This document shows positions 20,329 through 28,734 of a DNA stretch of 64,000 nt, piece by piece. The translations under genes and the position numbers were made by a program. The notes under the pieces were generated by a model, which was not told the origin of the DNA, ran no database searches, and was given only the letters and a program-made list of their open reading frames with translations. Each line of letters begins with the position of its first letter. The stretch's first letter is position 1. Source of the DNA: a virus (taxonomy: Duplodnaviria; Caudoviricetes); the IMG/VR virus record IMGVR_UViG_3300031992_000039, positions 1 through 64,000 of that record; one strand, written 5' to 3'.

Positions 20329-20462
20329 TGCGGGGAGGAACACCGAATAAGGATAGTCAACAGTAGGTTTCCTTGAAATGTGAATACCGAGTGACCCTGC
20401 GGCGTAACTGCCAAGACCCAACTCTGTAATGGATAGTAAACTCATAGGGTTCGCGCCCCGCA
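20329..20462 (+). ncRNA. Candidate structured RNA of about 134 nt in a cassette leader
   Basis: Begins just after a promoter; closing stem TGCGGGG/CCCCGCA; internal AAGGA/TCCTT and GACCCTG/TAGGGTT stems. Confidence 0.5.
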
Positions 20463-20487
20463 ATTAAAAAGAAAGGAAAATAAAATT

Positions 20488-20679
20488 ATGACAACCAGCG
20501 AACGACTTCATTATGAGGGTAAGGCACTCCATTATACTAATCTCTTGCACGATGAAATTAAGGATTTGCCTTGGGATGAGCAGAGATATTTTATTAATGA
20601 ATTTTTCTACTTCTTATCCGAAGAACTCCGCAACACTTTTATAGAAGAAGAAAACGAAAAAAATAAAAGTGATGTATAA
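20488..20679 (+). CDS. Cassette hypothetical protein
   Basis: AAAGGA RBS and terminator. Confidence 0.65.
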   Translation: MTTSERLHYEGKALHYTNLLHDEIKDLPWDEQRYFINEFFYFLSEELRNTFIEEENEKNKSDV

Positions 20680-20823
20680 GGCGCGCAAGCGTCTTTTTCT
20701 TTTATAAAAAACAATTATATATTCTGATCCCGGCCGCAAAATATACAATAATTTTTCCCGAAAAGGTCTTGCAATCTGTCCCAACTTGTGGTATAATTCT
20801 ACTTGTAGAAAGGAGATAAGAAA

Positions 20824-21522
20824 ATGAACCTTGTGATAGTTGACACCGAAACCGCAAATGGTCTTGATTGTCCGTTGCCTTATGACCTCGGATATCGGAT
20901 TATAAACGCCGAGACCTTTGAAACCCTCGTAGAACGCTCGTTCGTAATCGCAGAAATTTTCCTTGATGACGAGCTGATGGCTTCCGCCTACTACGCCAAA
21001 AAGATACCGCAGTATTGGCAGGACATAAAAGACGGAAAGCGCAAACTGGTAAAGGCTTGTACCGCCCGTCGTATTCTCTGGAATGACCTCAAAACCTACA
21101 ATGTGAAAGAGGTCGGGGCATACAACATGGGCTTCGACAAAAGAGCGGTCAAAAATGATATACGATTTATAACCGCTTCTGCCCTTCGTTGGTTCTTCCC
21201 CTACCATATGGAATACTTCTGTATTTGGAACATGGCTTGCACTTCAATCTTGCAGACCGCCGAATATATAGAGTTTTGTTTGGAGAATGGGCTTATAAGT
21301 CCCAAAGGAAATATCCTTACAAGTGCCGAAGCCGTTTATAAGTATCTCACGGGCAACACCGATTTTTCAGAATCGCATACAGGACTTGAAGATGTAGCGA
21401 TTGAAACGGAAATATTCCGAGCGGTAATAGAATCGGGTATGGACTATGAAAAAGAGGTAAAGGGCGCGCCGTGGACAAAAGTAAAAAAGTTTTACAAGAT
21501 GTATTTGGAGATGGGCGAGTGA
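20824..21522 (+). CDS. DEDDh 3'-5' exonuclease
   Basis: VDTET (ExoI), AYNMGFD (ExoII) and HTGLED (ExoIII). Confidence 0.85.
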   Translation: MNLVIVDTETANGLDCPLPYDLGYRIINAETFETLVERSFVIAEIFLDDELMASAYYAKKIPQYWQDIKDGKRKLVKACTARRILWNDLKTYNVKEVGAYNMGFDKRAVKNDIRFITASALRWFFPYHMEYFCIWNMACTSILQTAEYIEFCLENGLISPKGNILTSAEAVYKYLTGNTDFSESHTGLEDVAIETEIFRAVIESGMDYEKEVKGAPWTKVKKFYKMYLEMGE

Positions 21523-21768
21523 TCGCCCTTTCTTTTTTTGTGGGATTATATATTGTGTGACCGGGCGCATTATATATTTTAGAAAAGACTTGATTTTCCT
21601 ATAATTTTATGTTATACTTATATCGTCAAGAGAGATGGAGAGCGAGCACTACGGTTCTTGCCCGAACCACGGACGCGTGGGGTGCAAAATAAAAAATAAA
21701 AAAAGTTTGCAAAATCTCTTGACAAAGTGCAAAATTATGGTATAATAAAAGAAAAGGAGACAGAAAAT

Positions 21769-21972
21769 ATGATTAAGTTCAAGGATTTTGTAGAAACATT
21801 TATGACTATCGCAATAAACGCAACAAATAGAAGTAGAATAGCCACAGAAGAAGAAATAGATAATTATATTGAGGTTGACGCCGAAGAGCGCCTTGTCTAT
21901 CTCTATAATGCCAATAGCGACCAAACCACTTTCTACTTTGACGCAAATGATAATCTTTGTTGGTGGGAGTAA
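21769..21972 (+). CDS. Cassette hypothetical protein (MIKFKDF...)
   Basis: AAGGAG RBS. Confidence 0.65.
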   Translation: MIKFKDFVETFMTIAINATNRSRIATEEEIDNYIEVDAEERLVYLYNANSDQTTFYFDANDNLCWWE

Positions 21973-21984
21973 AGGAGAAAGAAA

Positions 21985-22191
21985 ATGAAAGGAAAGATGA
22001 CATTTCAACTTATAACCGAAGGAGAAGTCGAATTTGACATCCTTGACGAATATGTCGATAACTTTGAAGACCTTAAAGATTTTATTTGGAGTAACTATAT
22101 TGATACTGGAAAATATAAACTGCTAACCGAAACTCTTGATGACAAGGGAACAATTATTACTACTCAAGACGGTGAAGTTCATTATTTTTAA
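21985..22191 (+). CDS. Small acidic hypothetical protein
   Basis: AAAGGAG RBS and terminator. Confidence 0.65.
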   Translation: MKGKMTFQLITEGEVEFDILDEYVDNFEDLKDFIWSNYIDTGKYKLLTETLDDKGTIITTQDGEVHYF

Positions 22192-22324
22192 GGCGCGGAA
22201 GCGTCTTTTTTATTGTAAGATATAATATATTCTATATCCGGGCGCGCAATATATAAAAATAGATGTTGACTTTCCTATAAATTTATGGTATAATTCTCGT
22301 AGAAAAAGAAAAGGAGATAAAAAA

Positions 22325-22501
22325 ATGAATTTAAAGTACGATGAAAGAAATACGGTTTGGCTTATTATCGAAGACACGATTGAAGAAATTTATAAATATG
22401 AACCAAATTTAGATACCATTAATATAGACAAAATCATAGATGATTTAGAACATATACAGAGTTGTATAGATAAAGGTGTTTACAATGAGGAGGAAAATTA
22501 A
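22325..22501 (+). CDS. Small acidic hypothetical protein (58 aa, MNLKYDERN...)
   Basis: Own promoter and AAAGGAG RBS; not in the ORF track. Confidence 0.6.
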   Translation: MNLKYDERNTVWLIIEDTIEEIYKYEPNLDTINIDKIIDDLEHIQSCIDKGVYNEEEN

Positions 22502-22503
22502 AA

Positions 22504-22695
22504 ATGAAAACAATTTATTTGGTAGAGTATGGTTCTAATTTCAGGCCAGAGGATTGGGAAATTATTTGTGCTTTTTCAATGAAAGAAGCGGCGGAAGCGT
22601 TCAAAAAATCCAAAGGTGAAATATCTTCCAGTCTATATCATATTACTCCCGTGAAGTTAGACCCTATGATAAAAGGAGATAAAAATGATGGTTAA
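22504..22695 (+). CDS. Small hypothetical protein
   Basis: GAGGAGG RBS and terminator. Confidence 0.65.
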   Translation: MKTIYLVEYGSNFRPEDWEIICAFSMKEAAEAFKKSKGEISSSLYHITPVKLDPMIKGDKNDG

Positions 22696-22827
22696 GGGGT
22701 TATCCCCTTTTCTATTAATAATATATAATATATTTAATGGCCGGCGCAAGAATATACGATTTAAAAGTATTGACTTCCCATAACTCTTATGGTATAATAA
22801 GTGCATCAAAAGAAAGGAAAATAAAAA

Positions 22828-23031
22828 ATGAACGACTATTTTGAAACCCCTATTTGTCCCAACTGCGGTCATACTATTGTAGAAGATAAGACCACAGTTG
22901 AATATTATAATGTTGATAGCATTGATTTCATCATATCGGGCACTTGCCCCAACTGTGGGAAAAGTTATCATTGGACATACCATTATGCGCGTGATTATAA
23001 TTGTGATTTAGAAGAAGATATGGAGGATTAA
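22828..23031 (+). CDS. Small Zn-ribbon protein
   Basis: CPNCG twice. Confidence 0.7.
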   Translation: MNDYFETPICPNCGHTIVEDKTTVEYYNVDSIDFIISGTCPNCGKSYHWTYHYARDYNCDLEEDMED

Positions 23032-23033
23032 AA

Positions 23034-23240
23034 ATGAAAGTTGTAGCACATTTCGACCAGACAATTGAAATCGAAGTACCCGACAAGTTTTCTCCCATTG
23101 TTTCCAATCCTGATTGGTGGGAGTCCCGTGACGAAAGTGTCGACAAACTTGCAACCGAATTGTGGAATTATGTGTGCAATCGAGTAAACAAAGTCGATTG
23201 TGTAGATAATGAAAACGGCGAAACAATCTTGGAGGCATAA
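23034..23240 (+). CDS. Small hypothetical protein
   Basis: GGAGG RBS; stop codon in hairpin GGAGGC-ATAAT-GCCTCC. Confidence 0.65.
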   Translation: MKVVAHFDQTIEIEVPDKFSPIVSNPDWWESRDESVDKLATELWNYVCNRVNKVDCVDNENGETILEA

Positions 23241-23290
23241 TGCCTCCTTTTAATTCTAAATAATATATTTCTCGCCGGGGCGACTGTATA

Positions 23291-23524
23291 TCATCCTACT
23301 TCATGTCTTTTGTAAGGAGTAAATTCATCGTCCCACGGACGGAATAAGTCGATCGCGGTAACAAAAGTAAGTGTTTTAGAAGAGAACTGGGTGCAAATGG
23401 ATTCAAAACAAGTTTCAATTATACCTTCATCTATTGTACAGCCATCAAACCTTGCTATCGTAATTGATTCTTCTCCTACCTCATAGACAATTGCGTATTC
23501 ATAAATCTCACGGTCAATCTTCAT
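23291..23524 (-). CDS. Inverted cassette, hypothetical protein
   Basis: Own minus-strand promoter (TTGATT..TATAAT at about 23556-23585) and RBS; flanked by two plus-orientation copies of the repeat element. Confidence 0.65.
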   Translation of the reverse strand: MKIDREIYEYAIVYEVGEESITIARFDGCTIDEGIIETCFESICTQFSSKTLTFVTAIDLFRPWDDEFTPYKRHEVG

Positions 23525-23691
23525 TTTGTTTTCTCCTCTCTTTCTCTTATGTACTAATTATACCACTCTTTCTTAAAAAATCAAGCACTTAAAATCAATA
23601 TATTCCTTCTCCGGGCACACAGTATATTATATATTCTCCCACAACTCGTAATACTCCCTATCTACCCCATTCTGTCATAGTTGCGTGCACC

Positions 23692-23846
23692 GTCAAATTT
23701 TACAAGTATATAGCAGCTGCAAAAAGCTGGGAAGCTGTGAATGCGCCCGTGTCAAATTTTTCATATAGCTGGGAAGCTGCGCCGGCTGCAAATTTTGTGG
23801 AGCTGGGAAATTCGCGCAGCTGTCAAATTTTCATCGCAGCTGGGGC
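23692..23846. repeat. Four imperfect units CAAATTTT...AGCTG(GGAA)
   Basis: GTCAAATTTT at 23692, 23751 and 23822, GCAAATTTT at 23788; AGCTGGG at 23725, 23767, 23801 and 23838. Confidence 0.75.
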
Positions 23847-23945
23847 CTTATATTTCCAACTATTATAAATTGTAATAGCTCGCATAAAAAGAAAAGCGGA
23901 GAGAAATTCTCCCCGCCTTCTTATCGGACTTTCTATCCCGAATGG

Positions 23946-24305
23946 TTACGCCCTAGCGTAACCTACCTGCTTACCCTTACCCTTGACCTTTATTTCGGTC
24001 TTAACGACGACGCCGTCCCCAATAGGCGCCTTCAGCAGAGAGGGTATGGACTGAGGCTTTATTTCAACACCCGCTTCCGCGATAAGGGTGGTAGCAGTCT
24101 TAGGTTCATCAGTAATACAGGCCATAATCGCCTCACGGATAGGCGCGCGCTCAGCTTCGCGCTCAATAGCCTTCTTTGCGGTAGCTTCCTTACGCTTCTC
24201 ATTGGTCGCATCCAGCCTCTCAATGGCGGCGGCAGCGAACTCAATAAGCTCGGCGTCAAGGTTTTCCATCTTAGTAATCTTAGTATAGAATTCACGATTA
24301 GTCAT
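23946..24305 (-). CDS. Winged HTH DNA-binding protein (MTNREF family)
   Basis: MTNREFY...EFAAAAIERLDATNEKR...PIREAI...TEIKVKGKGKQVGY aligns with 19291..19644. Confidence 0.7.
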   Translation of the reverse strand: MTNREFYTKITKMENLDAELIEFAAAAIERLDATNEKRKEATAKKAIEREAERAPIREAIMACITDEPKTATTLIAEAGVEIKPQSIPSLLKAPIGDGVVVKTEIKVKGKGKQVGYARA

Positions 24306-24449
24306 ACTTTTTCTCCATTTCTGGCTATAGGGAGCCACCCAAATTTAAGTTTATTTGTTTATCGGTGTTTCACCGCTAAGAGAGGTTTATTTGTTTTCCT
24401 CTCTCACTTTCTATAAATATTATACTAAAAATTTGAGAGAAATTCAAAA

Positions 24450-24920
24450 TTAGGCGCCTTTTGAATTTTCAATCATGGAAGCGTCCACGTCCGAGCCGCA
24501 CTCTATTCCGACATAAACATACTGGTTCATATCCAGCTTATGGCTATACTCGGCCTCGCTTATTATATCCCTTAAAAAGTTACAAAAAGCTATGGCCCGT
24601 TCCGTTTCAAGGAGCTCCTCGCGCAATTCATCTATAAGCTTTAACTCATCATGGATCGCGCAAATTTTTTCCTCGACAGAATTAGAAAACTTTCCAATCC
24701 TATCAATTCGCTCGTTTGCTTTATCAATCTCATTCCTTATATAATCCCCAGTACCTAAGCGCTGAAGCGCACTCTTCAATCGTTCTGTAGTTACGGGCGC
24801 AATCTTCTCCCAAGGCGCCAGAGCTTCAAAGGCTTCGTAAACCTTAGTAGAACGACCATAGGTACCTATTGGCGCAAACTCATCACCTTTGCGCACAAAG
24901 AAATCAATAAAACAGCTCAT
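24450..24920 (-). CDS. Hypothetical coiled-coil protein
   Basis: Own promoter and AAAGGAG RBS. Confidence 0.7.
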   Translation of the reverse strand: MSCFIDFFVRKGDEFAPIGTYGRSTKVYEAFEALAPWEKIAPVTTERLKSALQRLGTGDYIRNEIDKANERIDRIGKFSNSVEEKICAIHDELKLIDELREELLETERAIAFCNFLRDIISEAEYSHKLDMNQYVYVGIECGSDVDASMIENSKGA

Positions 24921-24959
24921 ATTTTCTCCTTTCTCTCATTTTCTATATATATTATAGCA

Positions 24960-25960
24960 GATTTTTCTGGATTTTTCAAAATTTCGCGCGAAAATTTTTT
25001 AGAATTTTTTTAAAACGCCCAAAATTTTTTGGAAAATCTTTTTAGATTTAGTTTTTCCGTAAAAAGGGTTTTGAAATTTTTCCCGAAAATTATATCTTCG
25101 GAAAGAACTAAGAAACTTTTCGGAAGAAAACCCCCTATATAATTATAAGCCAGACCAAGACTGGCTTCTATATATAATTATAAGCCAGTTGAAACTGGCT
25201 TTTAAGCCAGAAAATTTAAAATTTTCAAAATTCACCAAATTTTTTGATTTGTTGAACGAAAATTTTACATACAATATGTAAGCAGGAAACTAATTATAAT
25301 ATATAAGCCTTATATCAACCGAATTAAAATTTGAGTAAAACGAAAGTTTGTGCCTAGTACCTTTTTTCTATCAATAGTACCTCTTCCCTATAAATAGTAC
25401 CTTTTCTCTATCAATAGTACTTATTTTAACCCGTTTTACCCTATTCCCTTTTTCCTTCCATTCTTTTCTCCTTTTTTCCCTTTCTCGCTTTTTCTGCGCG
25501 TATACCTGCCTATCTATGTCCTAAAAATCGATCGAACCCCTCGTCCGTACACTACCAGCTATAGAATAGACCTATACTTATAAGCCAGTTCACGATGCCG
25601 AAAAACTTGAGTTGAATCTCCAAACGCTGCGCGTTTGGGGACTTATAAACGCTACGCGTTTATAAGTCCTATATATAGGAAGAAGCTTCTAGGTCTTTCG
25701 GCTTACGGGTACTTCGATCGCCCATACTGGGCGCTCGGAACCATTGCGCTACGCGCAAAGGTTCATCTATCGAACAAAAGGGAAAGGAATTTAGAGTTAT
25801 AGGCCTAGACCTAGACCTATAGGCTTTCTTATATAGCTTACAGGACTGGCTTACATATTGTATGTAAAATTATGGGCTAAAAACTTAAAAATTTTGAGGC
25901 GTAAATTTTAAAATTTTAAATTTTGGAGAAAAGGCTTAGAAGATTGCTTCTAAGCTTTTC
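24960..25960. other. Gene-free, repeat-rich region; candidate replication origin
   Basis: A/T tracts; AAGCCAG/CTGGCTT inverted pairs; 4 x 20-bp tandem repeats; three CGCTRCGCG-centred hairpins; flanking 23-bp perfect inverted repeat. Confidence 0.55.
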
Positions 25961-25963
25961 GTT

Positions 25964-27696
25964 TTATGCGAGCCCACATCCTGATTTGATTGCGCCGGCC
26001 ATCTCCGGAGTAAGAAAATACGGGCCTACCTCCAAAGGAGTAATCTTAATGCTTATAATTGTATCGCCATAATAAGCCTCTATATCCTCTATAGCTTGCG
26101 CGAGACCTCTTCCGTTCACGAGGACGGTATCATTGACCGTTTCATAGCTATCATTACAAATATAACTGACTTCTACGAGATTTAGATTTGTATTAAAAAT
26201 TTCCATAGAATTCATTTCCCTTAATATCCTCAGAAATATCGACCCACTCTACAAAAATCACAATGGGCTCGAGATTCGTTCCCAAATCTTCGGCAGTCGC
26301 ATAAACTTCCTCGATCGGAATAGTTGCGCCGCAGCATCCGCAGATTATATAGTCTTCGAAGGCGATTCCACCAAGATAGTTATTTGTGTCATCACAAATA
26401 AATTTAACCTGCGTAGGAATTTCGTAATAAAGCTTGCGTTCCATTTTAGTCCTCCTTTATATAAGCATCAGTACACATATCTTCTATATAGCCAATACTG
26501 TGCGCCGTCCATACTCACCGTACCAATGAATTGTAGCCATTTGAAATCTCCTTTCATTGCGCCAGACGCTATAAATTTATATAAAATCTTGTTTAGTGAC
26601 GATCTGCGTTCTTAATCCATTCGCGCAAATAGTCATTATAATAACTCTTATCTCCGCAAATATGCTTTAGTACACAGAGTGCGAGAGCCTTCTCTTCATC
26701 CCATTCATCGTCTTCCGCGCAAACAACCTTGGTGCGGTCGCCCGAATTCCATACCACTACGGTAGCCCTCTTCTCCTTATTGAAGATTACCTTCTTGATT
26801 CCGATCTTCTTGCGCGGAGTCTCATGCGCAGGCTCAAGCTTTGTTATCGTACGGGTGGCTTTGCGCCCAATAGGAGAGCCACTTTTAACTCTATCAAGAC
26901 TAACCAGCTTTACAACGGCTCCCTCATAATCGTACTCGTTATCTACCGTAATACGATATTCTTCTCCAACTTTTGCGTCCAGTTTGGGACTTATAAAGTA
27001 TTCATACTGCTTTTCGCTATAACCACTCTTATTTTTGAATACTACCGTAGCAATCATTTTTATCTCCTTTCATTGCGCGAAGCACTATAAATTACATCCA
27101 ATCGGGCTTTTCGTAAGTAACCTTTGCCCAAGTTTTGAAGAACTTATCTCCATGAAGATACATACACCACATATCATCTCGCTCTTCGCCTTCTCCATAG
27201 ACAGTAAAAATACATTCCGGAAACTGGCGCGCTATCTCCATCATTTCCTCTTCATGATCATACCACTTCGCTTCATAGCCCCAATAACGAAGAGCCATAT
27301 CAAGAGGGTCAGAGGAGTTTTCAATCGAATGAATATAGTCGATCTGGCGCTTATCGTCGTCATCACCTATACGAAACTCGTCGAGTCGTGCGATAGACTT
27401 CGCAACATGGTATTCTGTCTCAGGGTCAAGATCATCCTTATTTTCAATAAATATTGTATAATGCGTATAGTAACCCATTTTAATTCTCCTTATAATAATA
27501 TTTTAACCCTTAAAACTTAAAAGTTATCGTCCCTATCCACTTCTACCTCATCATACCCAAGCTCCTCAAGTTCCTTATCTGTAAGTCCGAAGTCTATAAG
27601 AAACCTTTTTGTCCAACCGCAACCATACATATCATCCATATCAGCGAGACAAGCATCAAGAAGGTCTAAAATACGCTTCTCACTCATAGTTCTCAT
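25964..27696 (-). CDS. Run of small hypothetical genes (25964-26215, 26193-26444, 26593-27057, 27092-27478, 27517-27696)
   Basis: Tightly packed ORFs with GGAG RBSs behind a sigma-A promoter at about 27730-27760. Confidence 0.6.
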
Positions 27697-27791
27697 TTTC
27701 TTTTCTCCTCTCTTTCACTTTCTATATATATTATAGCAGAAATTTTTAGAATTTTCAAGTTATCTTAGCTCCCTCTCAACCGAAATCTTCT

Positions 27792-28356
27792 TTAAAGAAA
27801 AGAAATACATTCTTCTACTTTTTCATTCATATCCGTAATTATTTCGTCCAGACATACGGGATAACAATCGTGTGCATCAACTGCAACATTATACATAAAG
27901 GGAATATCATTATAAAACTTTTCCTTTGAATGGGTATGCCCAAACAAATTACAAGTTACCTTATGAAGACTTTCGGCTCCCAAATTTCCTGTCATAGAAG
28001 GAAAATGAGATAAGAAAAAATGATACTTTCGATAATCAAGTTTAAGCGCCCAGGCCACTTCAACCACATTAGGAAGAACTTTATACATCGCCTCGCGCGT
28101 AGGAGTACAATGATTACCAAGTATAATATGAAGCCTGCCATGAAGGCGCCGGAGGCACTCCATCCCTTTTTCGTTATCGCCAAGCATTAAATCGCCCAAA
28201 ACATACACATCATCATTGGGCGCCACAATACTATTATGCCGTTCAATTATAGCTTCATTCATTTCTTCAATAGAAGAAAAGCCACGAGGCTTATAAATAA
28301 ACTCGCGATCGTGGTTAATTAAAGTGCCAGTCAGAAGTTAACCAAACAGCACCCAT
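27792..28356 (-). pseudogene. Calcineurin-like metallophosphoesterase with a +4 frameshift
   Basis: TSDWHF (motif I) in one frame; LGDL, GNH, SH and GHTH in the downstream frame; TTAA duplicated at about 28315-28322. Confidence 0.75.
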
Positions 28357-28374
28357 TTATTCATCACCTCTCTT

Positions 28375-28710
28375 TTAATTTCTCCTCTTGCAATTCTTCG
28401 GCACAAATTCATCACCTTCAAAGTCCTTGCGCCAACGACTATCAAACCATACAAAATCATCTATGCACCTTTCAATTTTCGGTGCGAATTCTTCTGCTAT
28501 CGAATCTACGTAAAATTCGTGATACTGTCCTGTAAAATTATCCTTAATCTCCATCACACAAAACAGGTAGTTCTTATGTGCTCGATTCCAATGAGACTCA
28601 GTCTGATATACTCTTATATCTCCACCATACTCCTGCGCGAGCTCCTCATTAAAATTTCTTACAATATGATTAAGTTTACGCTGAAGCTTTCTATAGATTT
28701 TATTAGCCAT
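28375..28710 (-). CDS. Hypothetical protein, similar to 32673..33029
   Basis: RKLQRKLN...FNEEL...Q..S.W...D..TG.Y pattern shared with 32673..33029. Confidence 0.6.
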   Translation of the reverse strand: MANKIYRKLQRKLNHIVRNFNEELAQEYGGDIRVYQTESHWNRAHKNYLFCVMEIKDNFTGQYHEFYVDSIAEEFAPKIERCIDDFVWFDSRWRKDFEGDEFVPKNCKRRN

Positions 28711-28734
28711 TTACTTTCTCACTGTCCTCTATAC

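Larger units (their letters stand above)
14402..22798 (+). promoter_or_regulatory. Series of consensus sigma-A promoters, one per cassette
   Basis: TTGACW/TTGCAW-N17-(TG)TATAAT with -35 boxes at 14402, 14835, 15335, 15856, 16373, 16952, 17331, 17891, 18296, 18771, 19185, 19819, 20295, 20769, 21590, 21719, 22266 and 22770. Confidence 0.85.
14239..23628 (+). repeat. Dispersed element WATATATT-N6-CCGGGC-N4-WATATAY, about 20 copies marking cassette boundaries
   Basis: First box starts at 14351, 14783, 15283, 15814, 16222, 16909, 17278, 17849, 18253, 18727, 19131, 19695, 20252, 20716, 21547, 22224, 22727, 23262 and 23597; GC core at +14 and second box at +24; degenerate copies at 14239, 14268 and 16322. 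Confidence 0.9.

Noticed and set aside
14239-23628. CRISPR array or classical integron
   Set aside because: The repeats are degenerate and separated by whole genes rather than 30-40 nt spacers; I saw no attC-type GTTRRRY hairpins, cas genes or integrase in the window
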